Of a DNA stretch of 64,000 bases, positions 52,315-64,000 are shown one piece after another. Every line of letters starts with the position of its first letter. The stretch's first letter is position 1. The stretch comes from Octopus sinensis. Lineage: Eukaryota. The DNA is taken from NCBI RefSeq assembly GCF_006345805.1, contig NC_043001.1, positions 24,676,001-24,740,000 on the forward strand, given 5' to 3'. The position numbers and the translations under genes are program-made. The notes under the pieces are model-generated. The model searched no databases, had not been told where the DNA came from, and worked only from the letters and a program-made list of their open reading frames with translations.

Positions 52315-52615
52315 TTTGCCACATGAAAAAAAGCACCCATGCTAATGCCACATGAAAAGTACCCATGCCAGCATCACATAAGAGCATCTGTGCTGATGTC
52401 ATGTAAAAATTACCCATGCTGATATGTAATAGCACTGGTTCTAGTACAATATAAAAAGCACCCTCTACATTTAAAATATTTGACATTAAGAAGGGCAGCC
52501 AATCATAGAAGCCATGCTAAAACAGACAATTGGAGTATAGTACAGTTCTCCAGCTGACCAGCTCCAGTCAAATCATCCAACCCATGCCAGCAAGGAAATC
52601 AGACATTAAATGATG
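52315..52615 (+). mobile_element. Family C SINE with ~5 diverged 25-bp-type units
   Basis: gccacatgaaaa..gcacc units, followed by the RTE tail. Confidence 0.7.
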
Positions 52616-52820
52616 AATCAGAAATGTTGTGTGAGTTGAGATTCCCTTAATTTCTAAAAATACCATATTGTAATTTAAGCCCCAAATATAAAAGAATATA
52701 ATATTCTGGACTATCAACCTCTGAAAGTATATTTACATTATTTAAACCTAGACTACATTTCTGTCTGTTCAATCTCTGATTGATTTAATTTCTGATTGAC
52801 TTCAGATGGCATATTACTGG

Positions 52821-52867
<47 letters not shown>

Positions 52868-52939
52868 TGACCACAGACTGGATTTGAACAAGAAACCTAT
52901 ATTTCTCAATAAATCAAGAGTTTAGTGAGTGAAGATACT

Positions 52940-53140
52940 GGTTTCAAATTTTGGCACAAGACCAACAATTCCAGGGAAGGGGCTAAGTCAATTACATCGA
53001 CCTCCCCACCCACTCCATCCTCAATTCTCAACTTTACTTATTTCATCAACCCTGAAAGAATGAAAGGCAAAGTTGACCTTGGTGGAATTTGAACTCAGCA
53101 TTTTGCCTAGCATGCTAACGATTCTGCCAGCTCACCACCT
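52940..53140 (-). mobile_element. SINE family A variant (internally deleted)
   Basis: tttggcacaagacc...aaaggcaaagttgaccttggtggaatttgaactcag...ctgccagctcaccacc. Confidence 0.7.
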
Positions 53141-54082
53141 TGATGAATGAAGCTATTGCTAACCGTACTTTAGAGATAAAGGTTCCTAGTTTGAACCCAT
53201 TCTGGGGTCATTTATATAGCCAGGAATACCTGACACTTTTATTATGTATTTCTATGTTTAACAAGTAATGTATTAATTATCAAAGTAGCATTAAAGTTTT
53301 AGACTCAGAAACATAAAGTTCCAAATTCTATACTGCTAACATACTTGTATGTGATATTTTCTTAAAGTAATTAGAATTTAAAAAAAAAACATAGAATATT
53401 CAGAATCTCTATTATATAATGCCACTGCAGCATTGATATCAAATATATTGAATGATATAGTAATAGTAGTAGTATTATGAATGTCTCTTATGTACATTTG
53501 TTAATGTGCATTGGGGAATGCCATACATGTATGTGTGTGTGAGTGTGTGTGTGTGCATGTGTGCACGCGTGCGTACGCATGCAAAAATGGCTATTTTAGA
53601 GTTGTGCTACTATTGAGTGATGTCATTATAAAATGGTGCCACAGTTGCGATATTGGTATACGGTGATGTCATTGTTGAAGGATTCTACTCTGGAGATATG
53701 TTGGTAGTATTCCACTGTAGTAGTATTTTAGAGGATTACTACTACAGAAGACTGCTACTGAGGTATAATTCTAGATAATGTTGATAGCAACCAAATGACT
53801 GTCTGTTAGAAGAACTCCACCAATCAATGAGAATTAGAAAAAATGCAATGTTGCAAAATATATTTAGTAGTTGAGAATGAATGAATATCTCCTGATATTG
53901 CTGGTGACAGAGAATAGCCTACTTACCATAGTGTGGGAAACCCTATAGCAATGTGATTCAACATCATGACATAGGGAGTACACCCTATAATTATGTAACA
54001 CCATAAGACAGGATCAATTCATAACTTGTTTGCAGCTACAAAACCCTATAAAAATAGATATGGGAATGCTGTATATACCTAT

Positions 54083-54311
54083 TTCTTTACTGCCCACAAG
54101 GAGCTACACACAGAGGGGACAAACAAGAACAGACAAAGGTATTAAGTCGATTATATCGACCCCAGTGCGTAACTGGTACTTATTTAATCGACCCCGAAAG
54201 GATGAAAGGCAAAGTCGACCTTGGCGGAATTTGAACTCAGAATGTAGTGACAGATGAAATACCGCTAGGGAGTTCGACTGGCGTGCTAATGATTCTGCCA
54301 GCTCGCCGCCT
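54083..54311 (-). mobile_element. SINE family A with 11-bp TSD
   Basis: TSD tatatacctat at 54072-54082 and 54312-54322. Confidence 0.9.
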
Positions 54312-54627
54312 TATATACCTATCGTGTTATTGGGCATTCATACATTCTTGTAGCCCCATGTTATAGACATACAATGTGTCACCAACATATTTGAATATCT
54401 TGTGATGTTGCTGATGTATTTATGGATGTTATATACCAGAATTTTCCTTCAATGTAGTTTACAGATTGATAAATCAACAATAAAGGGTGCATTAAAATTA
54501 TTGGTTCGTCTATAAACTATATTTTGGAAAAATTCTTTGATGTAATTTATTTATCGATAGAATAATTATTCAGATAATCCTTTATTGATCATACTTTTTT
54601 ATACACTAAATAGATCTTCGTAATTCT

Positions 54628-55032
54628 AACCGGCACTTGTGCCCGTGCTAGTAGGGTGCCAAGAGCACCATCCGAGCGTAATCATTGCCAGAGTGGATAA
54701 CTGGCACCACACATAAAAGGGCACCATTTGAGCGTGATCATTACCAGTGTCGCCTTACTGGCACCTGTGCCGGTGGCATCATGTGTAAAGATTCGAGCGA
54801 GGTCATTGCCAGTACCACCTGACTGGCCCCCGTGCCGGTGGCACGTAAATAAGCACCCACTCCAATCTCGGAGTGGTTGGCGTTAGGAAGGGCATCCAGC
54901 TGTAGAAACTCTGCCAGATCAAGATTGGAGCCTGGTGCAGCCATCTGGTTCGCCAGCCTTCAGTCAAAATCGTTCAACTCATGCTAGTATGGAAAGCAGA
55001 CCTTAAACGATGATGATGATGATGATGATGAT
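54628..55032 (+). mobile_element. RTE-tail SINE (family C)
   Basis: Internal units plus tail ttaaacgatgatgatg. Confidence 0.88.
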
Positions 55033-55069
55033 CTGAGAAAGGTAAACTTCCATAGCATTTGTAGGCCCT

Positions 55070-56300
55070 TCTAGATTAGTGAGGCTGGACAGTTGACATT
55101 GAACTCAAACTTTTATAAGTTGAATGATGCCTGTAAAGAAACTGTGAACAAACAGACAATTCCTGAGGGTTACCGTTCTGAGGAATAAGAATAAAAACTG
55201 AAATAAAGTTGGGATGAAAAGAAGAGATGTTTTGGAGGGGCTTGAGGCAGAAATAGTATGAGGAAATAGTTTGCAGTTCAGAAAATAAGAATCCATTATT
55301 GAAGCAGTAGAAGAGATAAAGAGAAGAATAAGTCCAGAGATTATGATGTATTAGTGAGTTAAATTTTTGCCAAACACTTGGATGACATTTTTTTTTTAAA
55401 TGTAGTTTGTGATTTATGCAGTACTGTAATATGATTAATACTTGAGCTTGTAAAGAGGTACAACTGATCAGGGCTGGAATATTTCTGGCTTTGAAAGAAG
55501 ATGCTTTTAGCTGAATTTTGTTCATATTCAGAGATGAGTATTGTGCAAGATTTCAACCTTTAAATATGCTCCAGTCAACTTAGAGACTTAAAGGGTAGCA
55601 GTTATGTGTGCTGTAGGAATGTGTGATATGGAATGCCTTGGTTAGATAGTGGTTAAACAATCTAATATTGGTCAAAACAGAAAAGATTGTATCCAGAAGA
55701 AACAAAGAAACCAAGATTGTTCAGAGGGTGAGTGATGTGTCAAGCAATAATGCAGGTAGCTGAGGAGGCTAAGAGATGCAGACAGTCCAGGATATCAAAG
55801 AAATCAACCCTACCATAATAGTGTTGGTTTACCAGTCTAAGATTGTGAAGAAGAGTTATGCACATTAAATTTTTTTGCAGATTAGGATTTAAGAGAAGTG
55901 CTATGAGATTGCTATCCTAAATGAAGAAATAATCAAAGAAATGAGAGATAATCAAACAACTATTGGCTCAAGGAATTCAGTGTACAGTAGAAAGAATATT
56001 TGGATTTAGAGGAATGGAGAGGTTTTTGTTGTTAATGCCCTGCTGGCTGGACAGCATCCTTAGCCATTTCTCATGAATTCAGAGCCCTTTACTCTCTGAC
56101 AATTTTACCACTAATACTTTTGACTGTCAGTGCTACTCTTCAAGAGGTTCATTAGAGCAACTGTGTTATGCTTTAACTAAGATCTGATGTGATTCTTGTA
56201 AAAGAGTGAATTCTATTGAAAGCACGCCCCTAAGAGCCAAGTGTCATTTTTTTAATATAGTAAATGGCTTATTAATCCTTCTAACAAACTAACATTTGTG
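55070..56300 (-). pseudogene. Possible very old LINE ORF2 relic
   Basis: Weak remnants such as SSPD and 'FILIPQNG..YRHHS' resemble GPD / 'LIPK.G..YRPIS'. Confidence 0.3.
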
Positions 56301-56721
56301 AGAAGTTAGATGAGATAACATGAAATTTTGTATCAGTCAAGCCTGTGCAGTCCATGTCTATCTTACCAGATTAATGAATTTAAAATTAAGTGAGAAGCTA
56401 TTAATCATTTTTAGTCAGATTAATTAAGAATTCATAAATCACAAGCTCAGAATCCAGTTAGTTATTCTCTTGGCCATTCAATTTCTCACAAAATCTTTTT
56501 GTTTCATTCTAGATGTAAATTATGAGAGCATGGATGCCAGAAGCAACAGGTTAATGTTTTGCATCCTAACCACTGATATGGAGTCGGGTTTGTGGTTTAG
56601 ACTTTTAACCATTAAAAGTCAGGACCACCTAGCTCCCAGTAGATATGAACAGATTGGGATTTTAAGTGTTCTAGTGAATTGTAGTTGTGTTGTAAAATTA
56701 GCAAATAAATCATTAGCTTGT

Positions 56722-57062
56722 AATCATCATCATCATCATCATCGTTTAACGTCCGCTTTCCATGCTAGCATGGGTTGGACGGTTCAACTGGGGTCTGGCG
56801 AGCCTGAAGGCTGCACCAGGCCAGTCAGATCTGGCAGTGTTTCCACAGCTGGATGCCCTTCCTAACGCCAACCACTCCGAGAGTGTAGTGGGTGATTTTA
56901 TGTGCCACCGACACAGGTGCCTGACGAGGCTGGCAGACGGCCACGCTCGGATGGTGTTTTTTATGTGCCACCGACACAGGTGCCACACGAGGCTGGCAGA
57001 CGGCCACACTCGGATGGTGTTTTTATGTGCCACCGACACAGGTGCCAGACGAGGCTGGCAGG
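56722..57062 (-). mobile_element. RTE-tail SINE (family C), ~64-bp-unit subfamily
   Basis: Near-identical to 39669-40040. Confidence 0.88.
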
Positions 57063-57484
57063 TTAATTTCAATTGCAACCACAGGAAAGGCTTTTTGTAT
57101 TTGGCTAGTGTACTGTACAACCTGGAGACATGCAATGGCTCTGTAGATCACAAATGCTTGTGGAAAGGACAGGTGTATGTGATAGAATGAACATACAGTA
57201 TCAAAATTACTGAGTTTATAATATTTATATAAATATGTATACAGTTTAAGGAATTGATCTTACCTGTAATATTTAGGACTTCCCAATATATTTGCAAGCC
57301 ATTCTGTTACTGTGTTGTTCACATCTTACTTTATTGGTCATGAAGTAGTAATATCATATAGATTCATGATTAAGAATTCTTGTTTTAGTGTGGAAATAAA
57401 AATAACTGTGTTGATGCAGTGCTTTCAAAATTAGGATGTAATTTCAGTTTCAAAAGCATTAAGTGGGTAAAAGTTGCTGCTACA

Positions 57485-57685
57485 TAGTCGTATTTCGTCT
57501 GTCGTTACATTCTGAGTTCAAATTCCGCCAAGGTTGATTTTGCCTTTTATCCTTTCTGGCGTGGGGACAATAAATTAAGTACCAGTTATGCACTGGGGTC
57601 GATATAATCGACTTAATCCGTCTGTCTGTCCTTGTTTGTCTCCTCTGTGTTTAGCCACTTGTGGGTAGTAAAGAAATAGAAATAG
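57485..57685 (+). mobile_element. 5'-truncated SINE family A with 16-bp TSD
   Basis: aaaagttgctg(c/t)taca at 57469-57484 and 57686-57701. Confidence 0.88.
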
Positions 57686-57777
57686 AAAAGTTGCTGTTAC
57701 ACCTGGCAGAGAGTACTAACAATTACAAAAAGTGTTTTCTGTGAGAGAAATTAAACTTAAACACTCTATTAAAGTGA

Positions 57778-58350
57778 TAGACAGACTATATCAATGTTGG
57801 TTTCTACTTAAAACTAGATGGACTGATTATATCAGTTGTAGTATCTACTTGGAGTTAAATAGACAATACCATCAGTGACTCCAACTTAGTTGGATGGACT
57901 GACCATACAACCAGTAGCTCCTACATAAAGCTAGATGGACTGCCTAATCATCAGTGGTATCTGTTTCTTTATTACCTACAAGGGTCTAAACATAGAGGGG
58001 ACAAACAAGGCCAGACAAACGGATTAAGTTGATTACATCAACTCCAGTGCGTAACTGGTACTTAATTTATCGACCCCTGAAAGGATGAAAGACAAAGTCG
58101 ACCTCAGCGGAATTTGAACTCAGAATGTAACGGCAGACAAAATACGGCTACGCATTTCACCCGGCATGCTAACAGTTCTGCCAGCTTGCCGCCTTCCTAA
58201 TCATCAGTGGTATCTTCTTAAAATGGTTTGGGTTTATACCAGTAATATATATGTAGAATGAGATGGGCTAACTATACTATCACTGATTCCTACTTGGAGC
58301 AAGATGTAGAGCTAGATGGACGGATTACACTAGTAATGATACTTTCTTAG
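57778..58350 (+). repeat. Degenerate ~40-44-bp minisatellite interrupted by a SINE
   Basis: Recurring ctagatggactga...atcagt...ctactt.gag. Confidence 0.55.
57963..58195 (-). mobile_element. SINE family A with 20-bp TSD
   Basis: cctaatcatcagtggtatct at 57943-57962 and 58196-58215. Confidence 0.9.
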
Positions 58351-58941
58351 GCTCGTCAAGAGTTAAGTGTTTTGGCAATGACACAATAACAGGACACAAA
58401 CTGCGTCCATTGCCAGAACACAATGGTTGAACCCATCAAGTTTTAAGCATGTATTACTAATGGTGAAGTCAATACTTCAAATTTTAAGTAACTGTTATTG
58501 ATAGCATAGTCAGTACCTCTAGCTTTATACATACAAGTACTACTATTGACATAATCTTTCTGTGTGGTTCTATAGCCATTATTGTAACCAGTTCTGGCTA
58601 GAATAATCTTACAGTGCTAATTCAATTCATTGCACAGGAAACACTGCCCTGGACTTCCATTGTCCGTTGGATAGGACACTGGACAATAACTGACATGCTC
58701 TTACACTATTTAGAGACAGATTCATCTCTCTTCCTCTTAATGCTTTTAAAATTGGATCTGAGTGCCAAATCTATAGATCCTTGTGGTCCAGAAATGAATA
58801 GCCAATAAAATCAGGGTTTTTCATAAATAATACGTATATTATGATTAATAAATATGAGAACGATAGCACTTCTAAAAATACCATTGCTGGTGGTTGCAAA
58901 CACAAGCTGTACAGGCAAATTAATAAAACATATATAAGATA

Positions 58942-58983
<42 letters not shown>

Positions 58984-59002
58984 GTATATATCTTATATAT
59001 AT

Positions 59003-59135
59003 ACAAGGATACTACATGAGCAGCTGCATCACTAAAAATAGATGTCAACAAACTTCTAAACCATGATTTTTCCGTGGCTTAGAAGTGTTTTGACTTCTAT
59101 TTTTAGTGATGGAGGTGCTCATGATTTACCCTTGT
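59003..59135. mobile_element. TA-embedded fold-back element
   Basis: acaagg..catgagca..catcactaaaaataga..gtcaa..acttctaa..cca / reverse complement. Related motif to 14473 and 40432. Confidence 0.65.
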
Positions 59136-59167
59136 GTATATATGTATATGTGTATATCATATATATA

Positions 59168-59224
<57 letters not shown>

Positions 59225-59271
59225 TATGATTAATATATTCATGACGTTCTTACATCACTAACCATATATAT

Positions 59272-59492
59272 GGGGGGGGGGCTCCTGAAAAGTCCTCACT
59301 TTAAGGGTATTGTGAAAAGCCTGATTGGAGGACCAACTTTCCAAGTTCTTCTACAGGGCTTAGAAAAACTGAAGGACTGCTGCAACAAGTGTGTGAATCT
59401 GAGAGGGAAATATGTTAAATAAAATCATAATTAATTGATCCTCTTGTATTTTCTTTTACCCAAAGCCAGTAGCTTTTCAGCTCTCCTTCATA
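59272..59492. mobile_element. Mariner-derived MITE
   Basis: TIRs gggg..ctgaaaagt / gcttttcagctctccttcata. Internal sequence matches the mariner 3' end. Confidence 0.75.
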
Positions 59493-61594
59493 TATTATTT
59501 GCATATCTATCCATATCACACAAAACATTTGATATAAAAAATAAACCATAAACCACAGATATGCCAAAACTGCTGTATCACTCATCTCTAAACTCAAAGC
59601 AATAAATCAGAGAATATATAAAACACTCCTATCACACAATAACTGATATCTCTTTGCTCATATTGCAGCCACTACCAAATTCTTCACGGCTTGCAAAGCA
59701 TTCTAGATTCAGCAAATTCCCAGATTATCACATGCAACATCTCGCACAATTCCACCCCTATTGATAATTTATGTAGCTGATCTCAGATCGGTTTATCGGT
59801 TTGAAGAATAATGTATTCAGTTTGAGTAGTTTTTAGGTCACAGAAGTTCAATTGAAGATATCTATTTCTTATATCTAAGTGATGTTAGTCTACAGTTACC
59901 CAATAACAGTCATATAATATAGTTGGTCAATTCATATATCTTACATATCAGATAAGGTTGACAAATTCTTAACCCTCTTATATGAGTGTATGTATCCTGA
60001 ATTAAAATATTGACCATGTTCAGTGCAATGAATTCCCAGCAATATTGTAAAGTATCTGAAATAGTAGACTTGTTACAATATTTCTATCTTCACTTGATTA
60101 CATTATCCAAAGTTATTGATTTCTCTTTATTCATTCCAAAGATTACAAACATAACCTGCTGCTGTTAATGCTTAAAGGCCTCACAAATGATAATTTTCTG
60201 CTCAGAAACATTTTGGAAGTGTGAAAAATGACATTTACTGGTTGTTGAATATATTCATATTTAATATGGGGCAGATTTTTGCTATTTCCTCATAAATATT
60301 ACCTTGTTTGTATAGATCTTTTAGATCTTTGGTTTTGCATACTTTTATTCCTTTTAATAGATTTCTGCTTATTCCCCCCCCCCATTCAATTATGAATTAG
60401 ATAAGTCAGAAGACTTCAATGAATTACTGGAGTGGTATGTATTTAATAATACTATCAAAAGTAAGGAACCTTGCAATATTAGAAGATTTGAATGTACAGT
60501 CTATTTAGTAAAATATATTCATGTTTTCAATTATATGTGCTTGTAGGTGAAGCCACATATAAGCAGAATAGTGCATATGCAGTGTTATACTTACATTTTA
60601 CATTTCATGTGTATTCTAAGTAATTCTCAAGTAATAAGGCCTTGGTGAAGATTAGAAACCATTAAATTTCATAATGAGGTGACATGATCAAAATCAAATA
60701 AAAATTCTGTTACATAGATTCAGTAACACCTGCCAGCATGGAAAAAAATAGATATAAAAGGGATGATGGCTATTATTCTTCACTGACACTATTTCTAAAA
60801 TGGTATCTTCAGTGTAGCATCATTATATCTATGAACATTTTAATGACACCGAACAATAAATTTTTTTTCATTCATTTTCATTCTTATAATAATTTCCTTT
60901 AAACAAAATTAAATTAACTGTCAAGATATTTTTTCCTATTGTTTGTTTATCTTACCTGCTGATCACTCTAATATTGACATTTATTTCCCAAAATTTCTGC
61001 ATTCTCATAAATCATTTTAATTTGATCGCCTATAAGAGTAACACATATTACAGGTGTGTCCAGTAATTTGTCATTCTCTGCAGTTCTAATGTTTTTTTTT
61101 TTCTTAAATTATGTTGTTTATCTCATAAAAATGGGGAAAATATAATCCATTATTTAAATTTTACAGTCATCAGATGTGGCTATCAGTTGTCATTTGTTCT
61201 AATTGACTTCAAAGGAAGTGTCCGTTTTCTAGGACAGGTGAAAACTAAGTAATCGATATTCTTCTTTAAGAAATGGAGATTGTTGGCTCCAGGAGAAACA
61301 TGAACAGGAAAGAATTCTAAACGGATGATCTCTGGAGATGTTCTGGTTTGGGTATAGAGAACATATAATATGTATGGGAAGAGGAGAAGAGGGCCCGATC
61401 GTTGACAGCATGAGCTCAACCAGCTATGAGAAGCAGAGTTCATTGTTGTAGCAATTGAATAAGCAAAATGAAGAGAGAGTACATCTGGAAGTAAAAAGAG
61501 GCTGATATATTACTGAGCAACATCATGCCATTCTTGGGTAATTCCATGTTCACTTCACTAGATGGTAATATTATCCAGAGTGTATATTTGCAAT

Positions 61595-61915
61595 AATCAT
61601 GACACAGAATATGGAGACTGGTACATTCTCAAATTTTATTTCCTATCATTTTGCAATGATATTTTTATGGTTACAGCTCATACTCTGTGTTTAAGCATGT
61701 GTAGATACACATGTTTAAACACAGAGTATGAGCTGTTGCATATGCAACCAGGCATAATCTTTTGTGTAGCTTCATTCAGGGTCTTCAAGTCAAACTGGTT
61801 GAAAGACCATACACTGTGCTGTTTAAACATGTGTAAAATACATTCTGTATGACATTGTAAAATAAAAGGAAATAAATTTTGAAAATGTACCAGTCACCTT
61901 ACTCTCTATCATTAT
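61595..61915. mobile_element. MITE with ~65-bp TIRs and internal 31-bp hairpin
   Basis: gactggtacatt.tcaaa.tttatttcct / aggaaataaattttgaaaatgtaccagtc. Inner hairpin at 61673-61736. Confidence 0.7.
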
Positions 61916-61924
61916 ATATATCTG

Positions 61925-62257
61925 AGACCCCCTTCGGTCATGACACTGACCAAGGGATAGCACCTAGAAAGTTACCCTCCCACGCACAAGTCCAGGCAAG
62001 GTTGTTTATGGAAGACCAGCAGTCACCCATGCATACCGGCCTCCCCTTTCCATGCCACTTATGTTGTCCAAGGGAAAAGCAAGGGCCGATACAGCTTGGC
62101 ACCTGTGACGTCGCAACTCATTTCTACAGCTGAGTGAACTGGAGCAACGTGAAATAAAGTGTCTTGCTCAAGAACACAACATGCAGCCCAGTCTGGGATT
62201 CGAGCTCACAACCTCACGATCACAAGTTCGTCACTCTAACAACTGAGTCATGTGCCA
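61925..62257 (-). mobile_element. SINE family E, full length
   Basis: Minus strand ggcacatgactcagttgttagag...gagctcgaatcccagac...gtgttcttgagcaagacac. Confidence 0.8.
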
Positions 62258-62784
62258 TATATAAAATATATACATAAACACATACATACATACATATATA
62301 TATACATGCATAACATACTGTATATTCACCATTAAAACAAACATGTGTATTGCTTTAATGAAGCAACACAATGTCTTTTGGGGCCAATGGACATATTCTT
62401 TTTCCAGCTTTTGATCTGAGATATATTCTGCCATATTGCATTTCCTTGATTCATACAGCATTGTTTTTACACCATCCAAATATTATTCAATTGATGAGCT
62501 TAAACAGGATTTCAACTTGTGAATTACATAAAGATTTTTATTACGCAATAACTGAATATATTTTTAGAAGCTATTTTTTTACAATATATATATAAAGATT
62601 TTTTACTGCATAAATAAAAAAAAATTGCTAATCTTTTAATGGTTAATTTTTTAAGAGTAGATTATTCACTACAAACTTAAAATATTTCACATCTTGTAAA
62701 TTTAAATGAAACATCTTGCAAATGTTGATAGTGTATTTTTGGTTTGAGAACAAATCAAGTGAAATCTTGCTGATAACAGACATG

Positions 62785-62816
62785 CATGCACACACATACA
62801 TACACACACACACACA

Positions 62817-62864
<48 letters not shown>

Positions 62865-62872
62865 ACACACAC
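62785..62872. repeat. (CA)n microsatellite
   Basis: Seen directly. Confidence 0.95.
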
Positions 62873-64000
62873 AGAGTACAGCTGATGCAAGTTTGTAGAA
62901 TGACATTACTGTGCATTGGGAACCTAAATGCTTCAAAACAATTTATTTATATATATATAAAAAGTTCAAGAATAAAGGGATTCTCTCTCTTTCCCTCTTG
63001 CTCTCTCTCTCCCTTCCTCTCTCTTTTTTTTCTCTCTCTCTCTCTTTCTCAATGTGAAGAGTAGTTTGTAAGATGCATGTGTAAGAACTGCACTACTGCA
63101 TGGCAGTGGGCCACGGGCATTGGATGCTAAAGATGTAAAAGGATGCAAATAGATGATGACAGATGGGGGAAGAACTGCCAAGAGATTCATGTAGAAGAAT
63201 TAAATGGGAGAGGAAGTCTTAAAGGTTAATTTCAGGACACAGAGAAGAGATGAAAGAGGAATACAAGGGAAAGATACCATTTGAAATCTTTCATGAAAAT
63301 ACATCCAGACTCAGGGAAAATATTACCTTGCTTGGAAACAGGTGAGGGTTAGTGACTGAAAGAGCATTCGGCTGCAGTAAATTTGCTTCGATTAATTTGG
63401 TCTGACCCATGCAGGCATAGAACAGCAGGCATTAAAATGAAGATTATGTATGTTATGTGTGTGTGTGTGTGTTTTCATGATTATTACGTACACATAATGA
63501 ACAACAGTATCATTTTAATGTCTATATTTCATGTTTGTATGGATCACTGGTTATATGATGGCGACACTATTTAGAGTTAACACATAACTCAAAGACAGGA
63601 AGACACACACACACACATACATATCCTCACACATAGACACACAACACATATTCATTGTATTAGAACATAAATCTTATTAAAGTAATACTTAAAACATTAC
63701 TTTGATCAAGGGACACACTTTTATGCCACCTTTTTGTGAAACATATTGTATAGCATTATCTCCTAGGTGAAATTGTTCTCGCTTCTATATTATCTTTTTT
63801 GCACTTGAAAATGCACATATTCTCTGGTTGGGTAAGCCAATACATTTTTTTTCTTTTGCTATATGCTCTGTAGATGCTCTACTGTATAACATTCAGTTAG
63901 GGAAAAATATATTCTGGAAAATCCATTTTCATCTCAAACTTCTGTAAGTTGATATTTTGGAAAAGCATAAAATTTTAACGAGTCTTTTCCCAGTTGTTGT

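Noticed and set aside
56921-56945. CTGACGA plus stem
   Set aside because: No GAAA follows, and sister units read ccagacga, so this is a point mutation in a SINE repeat.

Overview
AT-rich, repeat-saturated animal genomic DNA, most likely intronic or intergenic sequence from an octopus or other coleoid cephalopod. That assignment is an inference from the SINE families, the mollusc-type 5S sequence and the abundant (TA)n/(CA)n/(GATA)n tracts. I could not support any host protein-coding exon. The window contains several dozen SINE and LINE-tail copies, a 2.7-kb 5'-truncated CR1-type LINE, several RTE LINE relics, a decayed mariner plus its MITEs, a small Helitron, a 5'-truncated 5S rRNA copy joined to an RTE-type tail, a ~1.8-kb 25-bp minisatellite grown from a SINE-internal repeat, and a 100-N gap. 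The most notable hidden signal is a set of about eight minimal type-I hammerhead-ribozyme (HHR) motifs from several unrelated families. Most sit in short elements embedded in (TA)n tracts, most have a palindromic (dimer-type) helix III, and several carry unusual catalytic-core variants (G3:C8, U3:A8, U4C, A6U). They co-occur with a family of fold-back elements whose inversion points vary between copies. Both features fit Penelope-like retroelement (PLE) termini. All calls come from reading by eye, and repeat boundaries are approximate (about +/-10-20 bp).
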